NCBI GenBank assembly: GCA_048886305.1
Contig: JBHLKV010000004.1
Coordinates: 1 to 43,540, forward strand
Source of the DNA: Candidatus Hodarchaeota archaeon
Lineage (GTDB): Archaea; Asgardarchaeota; Lokiarchaeia; Sigyniarchaeales; SOKP01
Length of the DNA stretch: 43,540 bases
Reading direction: 5' to 3'
The position numbers and the translations under genes were made by a program. Each line of letters starts with the position of its first letter. Positions within the stretch are counted from its first letter, which is position 1. A model generated the notes under the pieces. The model had not been told where the DNA came from and did not search any database. It saw nothing but the letters and a program-made list of their open reading frames with translations. Shown piece by piece: positions 17,394-27,759 of the stretch.

Positions 17394-18773
17394 ATGTCAT
17401 CACAAATGGAAATAGAAGTAAAAACTGAATCACCCCCCCTTTTTAATTATTTACAACAAGAGATCCCCCTTGAGGATATAAGAGATTATGCCTCTCCTAG
17501 ACGTATAACTTCTATAGATTTTCTTAAAGGATTTGCAATAATTTTTGTAATTTTAGCACACACTTCTCAAGGATGGCTTGATTCTGAATCTAGATATCTT
17601 TATGGACTCTTATTTGCTTTGTTAGATATTCTTGGTCCTTCATTATTTGTGTTTCTTTCAGCACTTAGTGTCATATTTAGCATTAAACGGAAGGAAGGTG
17701 TTTTACCGAATAAGATAATCCGAAACCGTATTTTTACACGTGGAGTAGTAATGATAATTATTGGAATGATTACAAATTTAGTAGGTATTGATCCTGTAAC
17801 GGGAGAAGTTGTGGTAATTATATTTGGGTGGAATATTATTACATTTATAGGTTTTACTCAAATATTTTCCTTCTATATATTAAAACTTAAAAAGAAGTGG
17901 CGGATAATAATTGGTTTAGTCATTATTATTAGTTCACCTTATATTCGAGCATTTTTGTATGAAGGTAAAGAAGCGGGAAATATTATAATAAGTTTCTTTC
18001 ATTATATTGTCACTTCACCTACCCCTCATTTAACTCTCATCCCCTGGATTTCTATCTGTTTTATTTCTACCATTTTTGGTGAATATATTTTTGAGGCAAT
18101 GAATAAAGGAACAGATGATGCCTATATAGGGCTATTCCGAATATTTCTAGTTTGGGGGATTACCTTTATCATAATAGGAATTTTTGCTCCCCTTCCTCAG
18201 TTTGGCTTTGAATTACAAACTGCTGATAGTATTGTAGGAGGATTGGCTGAATACCCTCATATACATTTGTTAGAAGTTGCTAATAACCAAGATTTTTTTG
18301 AACTTCCTGGAATGCCATTATTTCTAATAAGAGGAACAAGTGCTAATATGTTTTATAACCAAGGTGCGGCATTGACAATTATTGCCATATTTTTTTACTT
18401 TATTGATATTAAGGAGAAATCAAACGATTTCACTAATGCACTAATATATTATGGTAAAGTCTCCTTAAGTCTATTTTTATTACATTTTTTATTTATACCT
18501 CTTTTTATTGATCGATTTGGAGTAGCGCTATATCTTATGATTGGTCTTTCATATGTAGGTTTTTTAGGAATTCTAATGTATATTTGGATGGAATATGCTA
18601 ATGGAGTAGGTTCACCTGAATATCTTATGGTGCAACTTGGAAGAATTGGACAGAAATCAGGAGAAGCAGTAAAGAAGACTACTAAAAAAGTATATGCTAA
18701 AATTAAGAAACACGAAAGAGTCAAAAAGATGGAAGATTTTATGAAAAAATTAAGTAAAGACAAAGAGAATTAA
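17394..18773 (+). CDS. Membrane acyltransferase, HGSNAT/DUF1624 family (copy 1)
   Basis: RITSIDFLKGFAIIFVILAH signature, F.FLS, YGKVSLSLFLLH; ~10 TM. Confidence 0.78.
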   Translation: MSSQMEIEVKTESPPLFNYLQQEIPLEDIRDYASPRRITSIDFLKGFAIIFVILAHTSQGWLDSESRYLYGLLFALLDILGPSLFVFLSALSVIFSIKRKEGVLPNKIIRNRIFTRGVVMIIIGMITNLVGIDPVTGEVVVIIFGWNIITFIGFTQIFSFYILKLKKKWRIIIGLVIIISSPYIRAFLYEGKEAGNIIISFFHYIVTSPTPHLTLIPWISICFISTIFGEYIFEAMNKGTDDAYIGLFRIFLVWGITFIIIGIFAPLPQFGFELQTADSIVGGLAEYPHIHLLEVANNQDFFELPGMPLFLIRGTSANMFYNQGAALTIIAIFFYFIDIKEKSNDFTNALIYYGKVSLSLFLLHFLFIPLFIDRFGVALYLMIGLSYVGFLGILMYIWMEYANGVGSPEYLMVQLGRIGQKSGEAVKKTTKKVYAKIKKHERVKKMEDFMKKLSKDKEN

Positions 18774-18779
18774 TCCTAA

Positions 18780-20054
18780 ATGAAATCTATTCAATATTTT
18801 TTTATACTTGCTTGCTTCGTAAATTTTTGTTACTTAATTCTAACCTTTTTTTTCTTCTATTTCTTAGATAGTCCTATAATGAATAAAAATACTAATGATT
18901 ACCTAACTTATTATAATGCAGGTCTACTTGTAATTAAAGATTTGCCCAATTTATATAATCCTTCAAAATATCTTTTTCCGTTCAGATATTTCCCTATTTC
19001 CGCTTATATTTTTACTCCTTTCTCAATATTGGGATTTGAAGTAGGATATTTTGTTTTTCAAATATTCAATTTTCTTTTAAATATCATTATCATTTATCTC
19101 ATTTATAAGATCATCCAATTATATTCAAATTTAAACAAAGAATTAAATCTCAATTATAAATTAGAGAATTTTAAAGATATCTTTATTAAACCTGAGAATA
19201 ACAGTATTCTTTATCAATCCGCTATATTGATTATAATGCTCCCTCAATTTATGAATTATTTTTTGGGACAAATCAATACTATAGTTTCTATTTTTATTCT
19301 AACTTCAGTTTTTTATTTCTTAAAAGAAGATGATATGAGTAACTTTATTGGAGGTTTAATGTTAGGTTTGGGTATTCTAATTAAACCCACTCTTATTATT
19401 TTAATACCTTTTATTTTACCTATATATTACTCTAAAAGCACAAAAAAAATTGACTTTCAATTTAAAACTACAATTATTAGGCTTTCTGGTACATTAATTT
19501 TATTGCTAATCTCTGGTATTTATTTTTTAGCTTCCCCTAGTTTGCTAAAAGGATTTATTGAGGTTAATTTTACAGGAAACTATACAACTTTTGTTGGAGA
19601 TGTAGATATAAATGCTTCTTTTAGTCTTACTCGAAACCTTATTACTCTTTTTCAACTGATTGAATTCAATGTAAGCAATTTTATTATTTTTTTTATAACA
19701 ATTTTATTATTTATGATTCCAATATTAATATATTTTGTACTTTCATCGAATAGGACAAATAGATTAATTGATGGATATTTAATTGGAATTAGTGTCATAT
19801 TAATCACCTATTATGATTCTTGGCCACATTATTTAGTTATATTAACCCCATTCATAGTTCTTTTTACATTAATTAATAAGAATTTTAAATATTATGAAAT
19901 AATTAGATTTGTACATCATTTTTTGGCTATATTAGTGGTAATATCATGGGGTATCTTTTATATTACGTATGAGTTCTTTCCATTCAATTTATGTGGTTTG
20001 ATCTTATTACTTGTACTTTATTTTACGTTAATTATTTTTTATAAGCAACAATAA
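18780..20054 (+). CDS. GT87-like (GT-C fold) glycosyltransferase
   Basis: DYLTYY.AG, LY...FRYFP..AYIFTPF, GQIN, LGILIKP, WPHYL; polytopic. Confidence 0.78.
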   Translation: MKSIQYFFILACFVNFCYLILTFFFFYFLDSPIMNKNTNDYLTYYNAGLLVIKDLPNLYNPSKYLFPFRYFPISAYIFTPFSILGFEVGYFVFQIFNFLLNIIIIYLIYKIIQLYSNLNKELNLNYKLENFKDIFIKPENNSILYQSAILIIMLPQFMNYFLGQINTIVSIFILTSVFYFLKEDDMSNFIGGLMLGLGILIKPTLIILIPFILPIYYSKSTKKIDFQFKTTIIRLSGTLILLLISGIYFLASPSLLKGFIEVNFTGNYTTFVGDVDINASFSLTRNLITLFQLIEFNVSNFIIFFITILLFMIPILIYFVLSSNRTNRLIDGYLIGISVILITYYDSWPHYLVILTPFIVLFTLINKNFKYYEIIRFVHHFLAILVVISWGIFYITYEFFPFNLCGLILLLVLYFTLIIFYKQQ

Positions 20055-20132
20055 TAAAGAATTAAAATAATATCTTCTTAATTCTTTTTAATCTTTATTT
20101 AATTGAGTTTTAATTATAATAGGATAATCATA

Positions 20133-21482
20133 ATGTCATCTCCAATTGAAAAAGTTCAAAGCGCAGAAACACCACCACTAGTGGAATATTTAAAAGAAGA
20201 GGTTCCTATTGAAGATATCAGGGATGTGTCATCACCTAAGCGAATTGCTTCAATAGATTTTGTTAAGGGATTTGCTATGTGTTTTATAATTTTAGCACAT
20301 TCAGCACTTGCTTGGTTCGATGATGATTGGAGGTACATATATGGTCTTGTTTTTGCTTTTTTAGATATATTGGGTCCCTCCTTATTCGTTTTCCTTTCAG
20401 CTCTTAGTGTTATTTTCAGCATTAAGCGAAAGAAGGGCAAATTATCGTCTAAAATAATACGTAATCGGATTTTAACTCGGGGGATTATAATTATTATAAT
20501 AGGTATCCTTTTTAATCCAATGTCGTTATATACTTCTGGTGAAGACATTGCATTTCCTTTGAATCTATGGGGTTGGAATTTTCTTGTATTCATAGGTTTC
20601 TCACAAATATTTTCTTATTATGTGTTAAAATTTGGTAAAATTGCGAGAGCTGCAATAGGCACTATAATTATTTTCATTTCACCTTATATCAGGGATTTTC
20701 TATTTACTTATAAGGATGATAACGTCGGTATATGGATATTACATTTCCTAATAACATCTCCACTCCCCCAGGTACCTGTACTACCTTGGCTTGCAATATG
20801 TTTTATTTCCACAATATTCGGAGAATATCTTTATGATGCTATGATAATTGGAACTGATGAATCATATAGAAAACTGTTTAAAATTTTTGTAAGATGGGGT
20901 GTCTTCCTAGTCCTTCTAGGCCTTACATTAGGCTTTTGGTTACATAAGTTTTCGGATTATGAATCCCAAGCCTTTTTAGATTTTAAATCAGAGTATTTAC
21001 ATATTGATTTACTAAGACTTGCCAATCAACAGGATTATTATCAGTTTCTTGGAATGCCAGATTTCATGGTAAGAAATACCATGTCAAATATGTTTTATAA
21101 TCTTGGTGCTGCACTTCTCATCATTGCCGTGAGTTTTTATTACATTGATATAAAGAAAAAATCTAATCAATTCTCAAAAATGCTTATATATTACGGGAAA
21201 GTTAGTTTATCACTATTTTTAATTCAATATCTATTTCTTCCCTTATATATTGGACAATTTTCGATAGTATTTTTCCCTATTATGTGGGTTGCTTATTGTG
21301 GATTTCTTGGTTTGATGATGTATATATGGATGGAGTATTTTAATGGAGTGGGGTCTCCTGAATGGATTATGGTTCAACTAGGAAAAGTAGGACAAAAAAC
21401 GGAAGAATTTGTTAAGAAAGAAACTCATATGATTGCAGAAAAAGCAAAAGAAACTATTCATAAATTAAAAAAAGAGGAATAA
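20133..21482 (+). CDS. Membrane acyltransferase, HGSNAT/DUF1624 family (copy 2)
   Basis: RIASIDFVKGFAMCFIILAH; paralog of 17394..18773. ATG 20133 preferred because the N-termini then align (MSS...ETPPL vs MSS...ESPPL). Confidence 0.78.
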   Translation: MSSPIEKVQSAETPPLVEYLKEEVPIEDIRDVSSPKRIASIDFVKGFAMCFIILAHSALAWFDDDWRYIYGLVFAFLDILGPSLFVFLSALSVIFSIKRKKGKLSSKIIRNRILTRGIIIIIIGILFNPMSLYTSGEDIAFPLNLWGWNFLVFIGFSQIFSYYVLKFGKIARAAIGTIIIFISPYIRDFLFTYKDDNVGIWILHFLITSPLPQVPVLPWLAICFISTIFGEYLYDAMIIGTDESYRKLFKIFVRWGVFLVLLGLTLGFWLHKFSDYESQAFLDFKSEYLHIDLLRLANQQDYYQFLGMPDFMVRNTMSNMFYNLGAALLIIAVSFYYIDIKKKSNQFSKMLIYYGKVSLSLFLIQYLFLPLYIGQFSIVFFPIMWVAYCGFLGLMMYIWMEYFNGVGSPEWIMVQLGKVGQKTEEFVKKETHMIAEKAKETIHKLKKEE

Positions 21483-21682
21483 AACTAAACCTTAAAATTA
21501 TCAGTTTGTTATATAATTATAAATACCTTCAAGATAACATATAAATATCTATAATATAATATATCAAATATAAATAACACTCTATATTTTTTAGAAGAAA
21601 TCTTAGAATATTAGAGTCCAAATAAATAAAAATTTAAAGGGATATATTAAACATATCAAATCGTAAAAGAGGTTAATAGAAA

Positions 21683-22204
21683 TTGCAATCCAACCAATAT
21701 AAGTTCAAGATAACACTTTTCGGTCCGGGTGGTGTAGGAAAAACGTCACTGCTTCTCCGTTATATTAAGGATTACTTTAGTGATGATTTAAAAAAAACCA
21801 TTGGAAGTAATTTTCTGATCAAAGATGTTGAAATCGAAGGGAAACAAGTTCGCCTTCTCCTATGGGATATTGGTGGTCAACCGCAATTCCACAAACTTCG
21901 TACAATTTATTTTAAAGGAAGTAATGGAGCATTAGGGGTTTTTGATTTATCTTCAAGTCAATCACTTTTAAAAATTCCCGGCTGGATAAGTTCTATAAAG
22001 AAATCAGTAAAAAGAACAATTCCAATGATCCTATTAGGAAATAAGCTTGATCTAGATAGAGATGTTGATAAAGCAGAAGCTGAGGATTTATCTAAAAGAC
22101 TAGGATGTGAGTATTTAGAAACTTCAGCAAAAACAGGAGAAAATGTTGAACAAGCTTTTGAATCAATTGCTAAAGCATGCTTAAGCAGTGCTCTTTCTGA
22201 ATAA
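21683..22204 (+). CDS. Rab-like small GTPase (Ras superfamily)
   Basis: G1 GPGGVGKT, G2 TIG, G3 WDIGGQ, G4 NKLD, G5 ETSAK. Confidence 0.95.
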   Translation: MQSNQYKFKITLFGPGGVGKTSLLLRYIKDYFSDDLKKTIGSNFLIKDVEIEGKQVRLLLWDIGGQPQFHKLRTIYFKGSNGALGVFDLSSSQSLLKIPGWISSIKKSVKRTIPMILLGNKLDLDRDVDKAEAEDLSKRLGCEYLETSAKTGENVEQAFESIAKACLSSALSE

Positions 22205-22209
22205 AAATG

Positions 22210-22830
22210 CTATATATTTATTTTTAAGCTCTTAAGTTCACTAATAAGATCTTCTAGATATGTGAATTTTATTCCAATTATCCCTAATTCCCTTGCTGAA
22301 CGTATGTTATTTAACCCATCATCAATAAAAACAATTTCTTCAGGTTTACATCCTGCCTTTTGGATTGCTAATTTAAATAATCTTGGATCTGGTTTTGTCA
22401 TATGTACTTCGAAGGATAAAATAAGCTCATCAAAAAATTCCACAATTTCCTTATTTTGTTCCAATAAATAATGCCAATGGCTTGAATTTACATTGGATAG
22501 ACATAAAAGCTTAATATTATTTTGTTCTTTTAGATTTTTTATTAGTGTAAGAAGCTCTTCCTTTATATGAGAAATTACTGAGTTAAATGAATCAAAAAAT
22601 TGTTCTTGATTTAATGCACAAGTTTGTAATAATTCACATGCTTGAGAATAAAATTCTTCATTTGTTATTTTACCTTGATGGTAAATATCTGATTGTCGCC
22701 AAAATTCAAGAAGTAAAGAAGAATTCGGTGTATTTAGAGGAGAAATTTCTATTACATCCTTGAAAAATCTACTAAAGTCGAGTTCTACTACTACTCCTCC
22801 TAGATCAAAAATAATAGCTTTTATTGTCAT
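22210..22830 (-). CDS. HAD-superfamily hydrolase (YihX-like)
   Basis: FDLGGV, LSN, KPDPRLF, FIDD...N. Confidence 0.9.
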   Translation of the reverse strand: MTIKAIIFDLGGVVVELDFSRFFKDVIEISPLNTPNSSLLLEFWRQSDIYHQGKITNEEFYSQACELLQTCALNQEQFFDSFNSVISHIKEELLTLIKNLKEQNNIKLLCLSNVNSSHWHYLLEQNKEIVEFFDELILSFEVHMTKPDPRLFKLAIQKAGCKPEEIVFIDDGLNNIRSARELGIIGIKFTYLEDLISELKSLKINI

Positions 22831-22869
22831 TGTTTTACAATATTATAATCGGTTTTAAATTAATGATAG

Positions 22870-24930
22870 CTAATGTCTAAAATACACTTTGCTAGAGAAT
22901 TTTCGAAATGGGATTGGGAGTTTATACTTAGGAAACCCACTTGTATCCTCTTCGAGCATTTTATATAATTCACCTAACTTTATATTATTGAATTGTTTAG
23001 AAGTACTTTTTTTTGGTCCAAAAGGTTGACCAATTAATCTCTTTCTTACTGAAATTGTTTGATTATCTTGTTCATTCTTACCAATTATAACTGTATATGG
23101 AATCCATTCAACTTCTGCTTGTCTGATCTTTTTATTTAAGGTTTCATTTCGGTCATCAAAATCAGCTCTATAAGATTCCTTATTTACCATTTCTAGAATT
23201 TTTTCAGCATAAGCATTTTGATTTTCACTGACAGTAATAATTCTTATTTGAATTGGAGATAACCATGTTTTAAATCCCGGTACTAGCTTATCTTTATTTC
23301 GAATAGCACTTTCAATTAAACCCCATAAAACTCTTTCTAATCCGCCTGTGGGAGAATTATGTAATATAATTGGATGTTTAATTCTACCATCAGTATCAGT
23401 AAAGGAAATATTATACTTTTCTCTTTTCTTGCCTTCATTATCAATCATATATTCCAATGAACTCTCGACATCAATCTGGTTTGTGGCTAATGTAGCACTT
23501 TTATTATGAGCTGAAAGTACATTTCTTTCAAGTTTTAATATATAATAATAGTACCTATCTTCCCATAATTCTAATAGGACAGGGTGTCGTTCTGTTTTGA
23601 TTAAATCGATAATCCAATCCTTATTTTCCTCGTAAAAATCTCGTGTAACTCGAAATATAACATAAGTTTTTATACCTAAATCGTTTTCCAGATTCTTAAT
23701 TAAATCATATTGATTTATAAACTCTTCAATTGAAGATTCCAAACCTTTACACATAGTATGAAGATCAGGCATGATAAAACCACGTAATCTATATAATCCA
23801 GACAGTTCACCTTCTTGTTCTCTTCGAAAAGCATATTGTTCAAATTCATATGCTCTCAACGGAAAATAATGAGGTTTTAAATTCATTTGGGAGAATAAGT
23901 CAAATAGAAGGAAATCACTCGCATATCTTAAAATGTATCTGTCTTTTCCCGATTCAAGCCAATAACTTCTAGCTGGAAATCGAGCTGTTTGAGCAGTCAA
24001 TTTTTTATTTTTTACTGTGTACATGATTGGGGTCTCAATAAGTATTGCTCCATAATCTATTAATCTCTCTTCTACAAAATTTTTAATTAAATTCTTCATA
24101 ATGACTCCTTTAGTATACCATCTGAAATTTCCAGCATCAGTATTCGGATCAAAATCTACCAATTCAAAATCTTTCATCACCTTTATATGAGCTGGTTCAA
24201 ATGATTTATCTATTTTCCTAGAACCTAATTCTGATTTTAAGAATAAATAAAAATCTTGATCTTTTACTTCTTTAGGTGGTATCAGTTCATTACTTTCATC
24301 GAATTCTAAATTTACTTCATTACCTGCAGTTGTAATTATTTTAAATACTGAATTTTTAATTTGTTCTTCAGGTTTAATAGCCAATTTAACATCTCTATAC
24401 ATTTCTGCCATTTCATGACCCAAACAGTTAACTTTAAATGATTTATACCATCCAAATGGAGAAAATCTTGCTTCAATACCTCTTTCTTCTAAGAATTTGG
24501 CTATTTTGGGACAGACCTCCATAGCTTTTTTGTCATTGCTAAGAAATTTGCTTAAATGTGCCCATGGATAAACTAAGACTCTATCAACACGATACATATC
24601 ACGATCTTTAATAAGTTCTAATAATTTTCTTGGTTTACCTTTAATCTCACCTTTCTCAATTTTTGTATTGTATTCTCTTATCTCTTCATTTTTTTCCCGT
24701 AGTTTTTCGGGAAATCCCGTAATTTGTAGTATTGCCTCTTCAATTTCGTCTGCTCCTTGGCTAGCAATTAAATCAGTATCATAAGTATCTTGATCTTCTA
24801 CAGAGACATAAGCTACTAAAACTAATCCATCCATTTTTATGAAATTTTCAGAAAAATCTTGAGGATTGCTGGTAGCTTCCTTATTTTTAATAACTTCGAC
24901 GCCCTCAGAATGAATTAATAAAATTTTCAT
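22870..24930 (-). CDS. thrS: Threonine--tRNA ligase (archaeal editing domain)
   Basis: MKILLIHS, VYPWAHLS, PFGWYKSF editing domain; FRREQEGEL, MPDLHT, ILHNSPTGGLER; anticodon-binding domain. Confidence 0.95.
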   Translation of the reverse strand: MKILLIHSEGVEVIKNKEATSNPQDFSENFIKMDGLVLVAYVSVEDQDTYDTDLIASQGADEIEEAILQITGFPEKLREKNEEIREYNTKIEKGEIKGKPRKLLELIKDRDMYRVDRVLVYPWAHLSKFLSNDKKAMEVCPKIAKFLEERGIEARFSPFGWYKSFKVNCLGHEMAEMYRDVKLAIKPEEQIKNSVFKIITTAGNEVNLEFDESNELIPPKEVKDQDFYLFLKSELGSRKIDKSFEPAHIKVMKDFELVDFDPNTDAGNFRWYTKGVIMKNLIKNFVEERLIDYGAILIETPIMYTVKNKKLTAQTARFPARSYWLESGKDRYILRYASDFLLFDLFSQMNLKPHYFPLRAYEFEQYAFRREQEGELSGLYRLRGFIMPDLHTMCKGLESSIEEFINQYDLIKNLENDLGIKTYVIFRVTRDFYEENKDWIIDLIKTERHPVLLELWEDRYYYYILKLERNVLSAHNKSATLATNQIDVESSLEYMIDNEGKKREKYNISFTDTDGRIKHPIILHNSPTGGLERVLWGLIESAIRNKDKLVPGFKTWLSPIQIRIITVSENQNAYAEKILEMVNKESYRADFDDRNETLNKKIRQAEVEWIPYTVIIGKNEQDNQTISVRKRLIGQPFGPKKSTSKQFNNIKLGELYKMLEEDTSGFPKYKLPIPFRKFSSKVYFRH

Positions 24931-25056
24931 TGTTATCTCCCTTTTTTTTTTCCCTACTAAATCTTTAATGAAAAATCCTAAATATTTTACTTCTTTTTGA
25001 AATATAATTACATTTAAAATTCAAATGAATTATAACTAAAATAATTATCTATAAGG

Positions 25057-25677
25057 ATGACACTTAAAAATATTTTTTCAGAATTAACTGAATCATTAGA
25101 CAAATTAGATCTCGATAGAGAAGAGATTTTAAAAATATCTCGAATTATAATTCGAGATTGTGGTATTGCGATAAAGTCAATCCATCGGAAAGAATTCGAT
25201 CAATATAAGGTAAAAATACAATCGGTAAAAAATAATCATGAGAAACTGACAATATTGGTGAATAAAAGCCTTGGTATTTTTTATAAATACTTGAAAACAC
25301 CGGAACAAGAATATGCAGAAGCAGTTGCGTTTTACGCAATTACCTTAAAAAAAGATCTCCCTTCTCCTAGTGAAATGAAAATTGATCCATTAAATTTTGC
25401 ATTAGGGTTAGCTGATGTTGTAGGCGAACTACGGAGATATGCATTAGATAATATAAGAGATTCTCAAGTGGAAGATCTCAATGAAATATTAGAAAATATG
25501 GATGATATTTATTCTAATTTATTTTCACTCGATTATCCTTCAGGATTAATACAAGATTTAAGACAAAAAACTGATCGAGCAAGATTGATTATTGAAAAAA
25601 CTAGAGGAGATATATCAATATCTCTTCAGATGAATGATCTAAAAAGATGTATTCAAGATAATGTAAAGGAGGATTAA
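25057..25677 (+). CDS. Translin/TRAX family protein
   Basis: REEILKISR, QEYAEA, LGLADVVGELRR, LRQKTD. Confidence 0.88.
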   Translation: MTLKNIFSELTESLDKLDLDREEILKISRIIIRDCGIAIKSIHRKEFDQYKVKIQSVKNNHEKLTILVNKSLGIFYKYLKTPEQEYAEAVAFYAITLKKDLPSPSEMKIDPLNFALGLADVVGELRRYALDNIRDSQVEDLNEILENMDDIYSNLFSLDYPSGLIQDLRQKTDRARLIIEKTRGDISISLQMNDLKRCIQDNVKED

Positions 25678-25709
25678 TCCTTTCATAATTAATTTAATGA
25701 AGATTTAAA

Positions 25710-27269
25710 ATGCCTTTTGATTTTGAGAAGATCAAACGAGAGAGTATAGTTAATTATGAGGAAGCATGGCTAGATACAAAAAAGCTGCTAAAACTGAAAG
25801 GAAAATATTTCAATTTAGAAAAGAAAGGGAAATCTCATATTGTAAATGATTTTATCTCTGAAGCAAGAGTAAAGATGATATCGTTAGGATTTGAAGAATT
25901 AATTCTACCAATGTTTGTTGAAGAGGAGGAAATCTATAAACAGTATGGTCCAGAAGCAGCTTTAATTCTTGATCGGCTATTTTATGTAGCTGGGCTTCCA
26001 CGTCCTGATATCGGTATTTCTAAAGAAAAAATTAATAAAATTCGAGAGATAGTGCCTAAATTTGAGGATATCGATTCTTTAAAACAAATATTTAGGGATT
26101 ATAAAAAAGGTAAGATAGAAGCTGATGATTTTATTGAAACTTTTATCAATAAACTGGGTTTTAAAGAAAGTGAAGCATCTGAAATAATTGACAAAATATT
26201 TCCTGAATTAAAACAGTTAAAACCTATACCTACAAAAACAACCCTAAGAAGCCATACCACAGCATTGTGGTTTAAAGTATTACGTAATTTGTTTAGAGCA
26301 AAAAGATTACCTTTACAATATTTTACTATAGCTCCAAAATTTAGAAGAGAGCAGAAGATTGATGCGACCCATTTGTATTGTTCTAATACTTTATCAATTG
26401 TAATTATGGCTGAAGAAATTTCACTTGAAGATTGTCAAAGGATTGCCTCAGAAATTTGTGAAAATATTGGTTTTAAAAATAGTAAGACTGAAATTAAAAA
26501 AGCTACTTCAAAATATTATGCTCCTCAAACTGAATTTGAAATTTTTGTTGAACATCCAAAAACAAGAGAATGGATAGAAATTGGAGACGGAGGTTTTTAT
26601 AGCCCTGTTAGTCTTGCTCAATATGAGATTGCATATCCTGTATTTAATATTGGTTTTGGAGTAGAACGAATTTGTATGATAAAAGCAGAAGTTGAAGATA
26701 TAAGAAAAATAGTTTATCCCTATTTTTTTGAAGATATCTCCTTTTCTGATGAACAAATTAGTAAAGGTATCAAATACAAAAAGATACCATTTACTGAAAA
26801 AGGAATTGAAATTAAAAATGCTATAATTAAGGCAGCAATTAATCATAAAGATGATTTTGCGCCAGTTGAAATTAATGCTTGGAAAGGTATTATTAAGGAT
26901 CGAACTATTGAAGTAACTATTTGGGAAAGAGATAAAGGAGTTAAGCTTCTTGGTCCAGCATGTTTAAATAAAATCTGGGTAAAAGAGGGGAACATTTTAG
27001 GTTTATCTCAAGAAGAGAGACCTTCTGGAGGTATTGATACTGGAATGACATATTTAGAAGGAATTGCCTCAGAAATGGCTTATAATATTGAAATCCTGTT
27101 AGATCAAAACAAATATGAATACGAACATAGAGTAAAGATGTGCTATAGAGCCTCAGAAATCAATATTGAAGTTGATGATATTATTCAAGAGTTCATCCAT
27201 TCAAAACAGAAAAAGATTGATTTAAGAGGACCAGTTTTTATTGGTCTTTCATTTAATGTTAAAGGATAA
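25710..27269 (+). CDS. sepS: O-phosphoserine--tRNA(Cys) ligase
   Basis: YKQYGPEAALILDRLFY..GLPRPDIG, TLRSHTT, FRREQKIDATHL, SKYY, LLGPA, IDLRGPVF. Confidence 0.93.
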   Translation: MPFDFEKIKRESIVNYEEAWLDTKKLLKLKGKYFNLEKKGKSHIVNDFISEARVKMISLGFEELILPMFVEEEEIYKQYGPEAALILDRLFYVAGLPRPDIGISKEKINKIREIVPKFEDIDSLKQIFRDYKKGKIEADDFIETFINKLGFKESEASEIIDKIFPELKQLKPIPTKTTLRSHTTALWFKVLRNLFRAKRLPLQYFTIAPKFRREQKIDATHLYCSNTLSIVIMAEEISLEDCQRIASEICENIGFKNSKTEIKKATSKYYAPQTEFEIFVEHPKTREWIEIGDGGFYSPVSLAQYEIAYPVFNIGFGVERICMIKAEVEDIRKIVYPYFFEDISFSDEQISKGIKYKKIPFTEKGIEIKNAIIKAAINHKDDFAPVEINAWKGIIKDRTIEVTIWERDKGVKLLGPACLNKIWVKEGNILGLSQEERPSGGIDTGMTYLEGIASEMAYNIEILLDQNKYEYEHRVKMCYRASEINIEVDDIIQEFIHSKQKKIDLRGPVFIGLSFNVKG

Positions 27270-27303
27270 TTGATTAATAAAATAGATAATTAAGTGAAAT
27301 TAG

Positions 27304-27750
27304 ATGAAAAAAAAAATCTTAATTGCTGGAACGTTCGATATTTTGCATCCGGGACATATTTATCTGATAAATGAAGCGGCAAAACTAGGTGATGTATATA
27401 TTGTGATAGCTACTGACAAAAATAGAGAATTATATTCTGGAGAAGCTCCAATTGTGCCGGAACAACAAAGATTTGAAATGATGAAAAGTATAAAAAATGT
27501 TAAAGACGTAAAATTAGGACGACATGATAATGATACCCTTAGAACAGTTGAAGAGATAAATCCAGATATTATACTCCTAGGACCTGATCAAAAATTTAGT
27601 GCCCAAAAACTTCAAAATGCTCTTAAAATGAAAGGATTGAATCATATAGAGGTAAGAAGATTAGAAAAATATTATGATAAATTCAAATTACATAGCTCTA
27701 GTCTTATTAAAAAGAAAATAATTGAAAAATATAAGAAGAACCAATCATAA
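27304..27750 (+). CDS. ribL: Archaeal FAD synthase (cytidylyltransferase family)
   Basis: GTFDILHPGH, PDIILLGPDQ, SSS..K; adjacent to ribK. Confidence 0.8.
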   Translation: MKKKILIAGTFDILHPGHIYLINEAAKLGDVYIVIATDKNRELYSGEAPIVPEQQRFEMMKSIKNVKDVKLGRHDNDTLRTVEEINPDIILLGPDQKFSAQKLQNALKMKGLNHIEVRRLEKYYDKFKLHSSSLIKKKIIEKYKKNQS

Positions 27751-27759
27751 AGAGGTATT

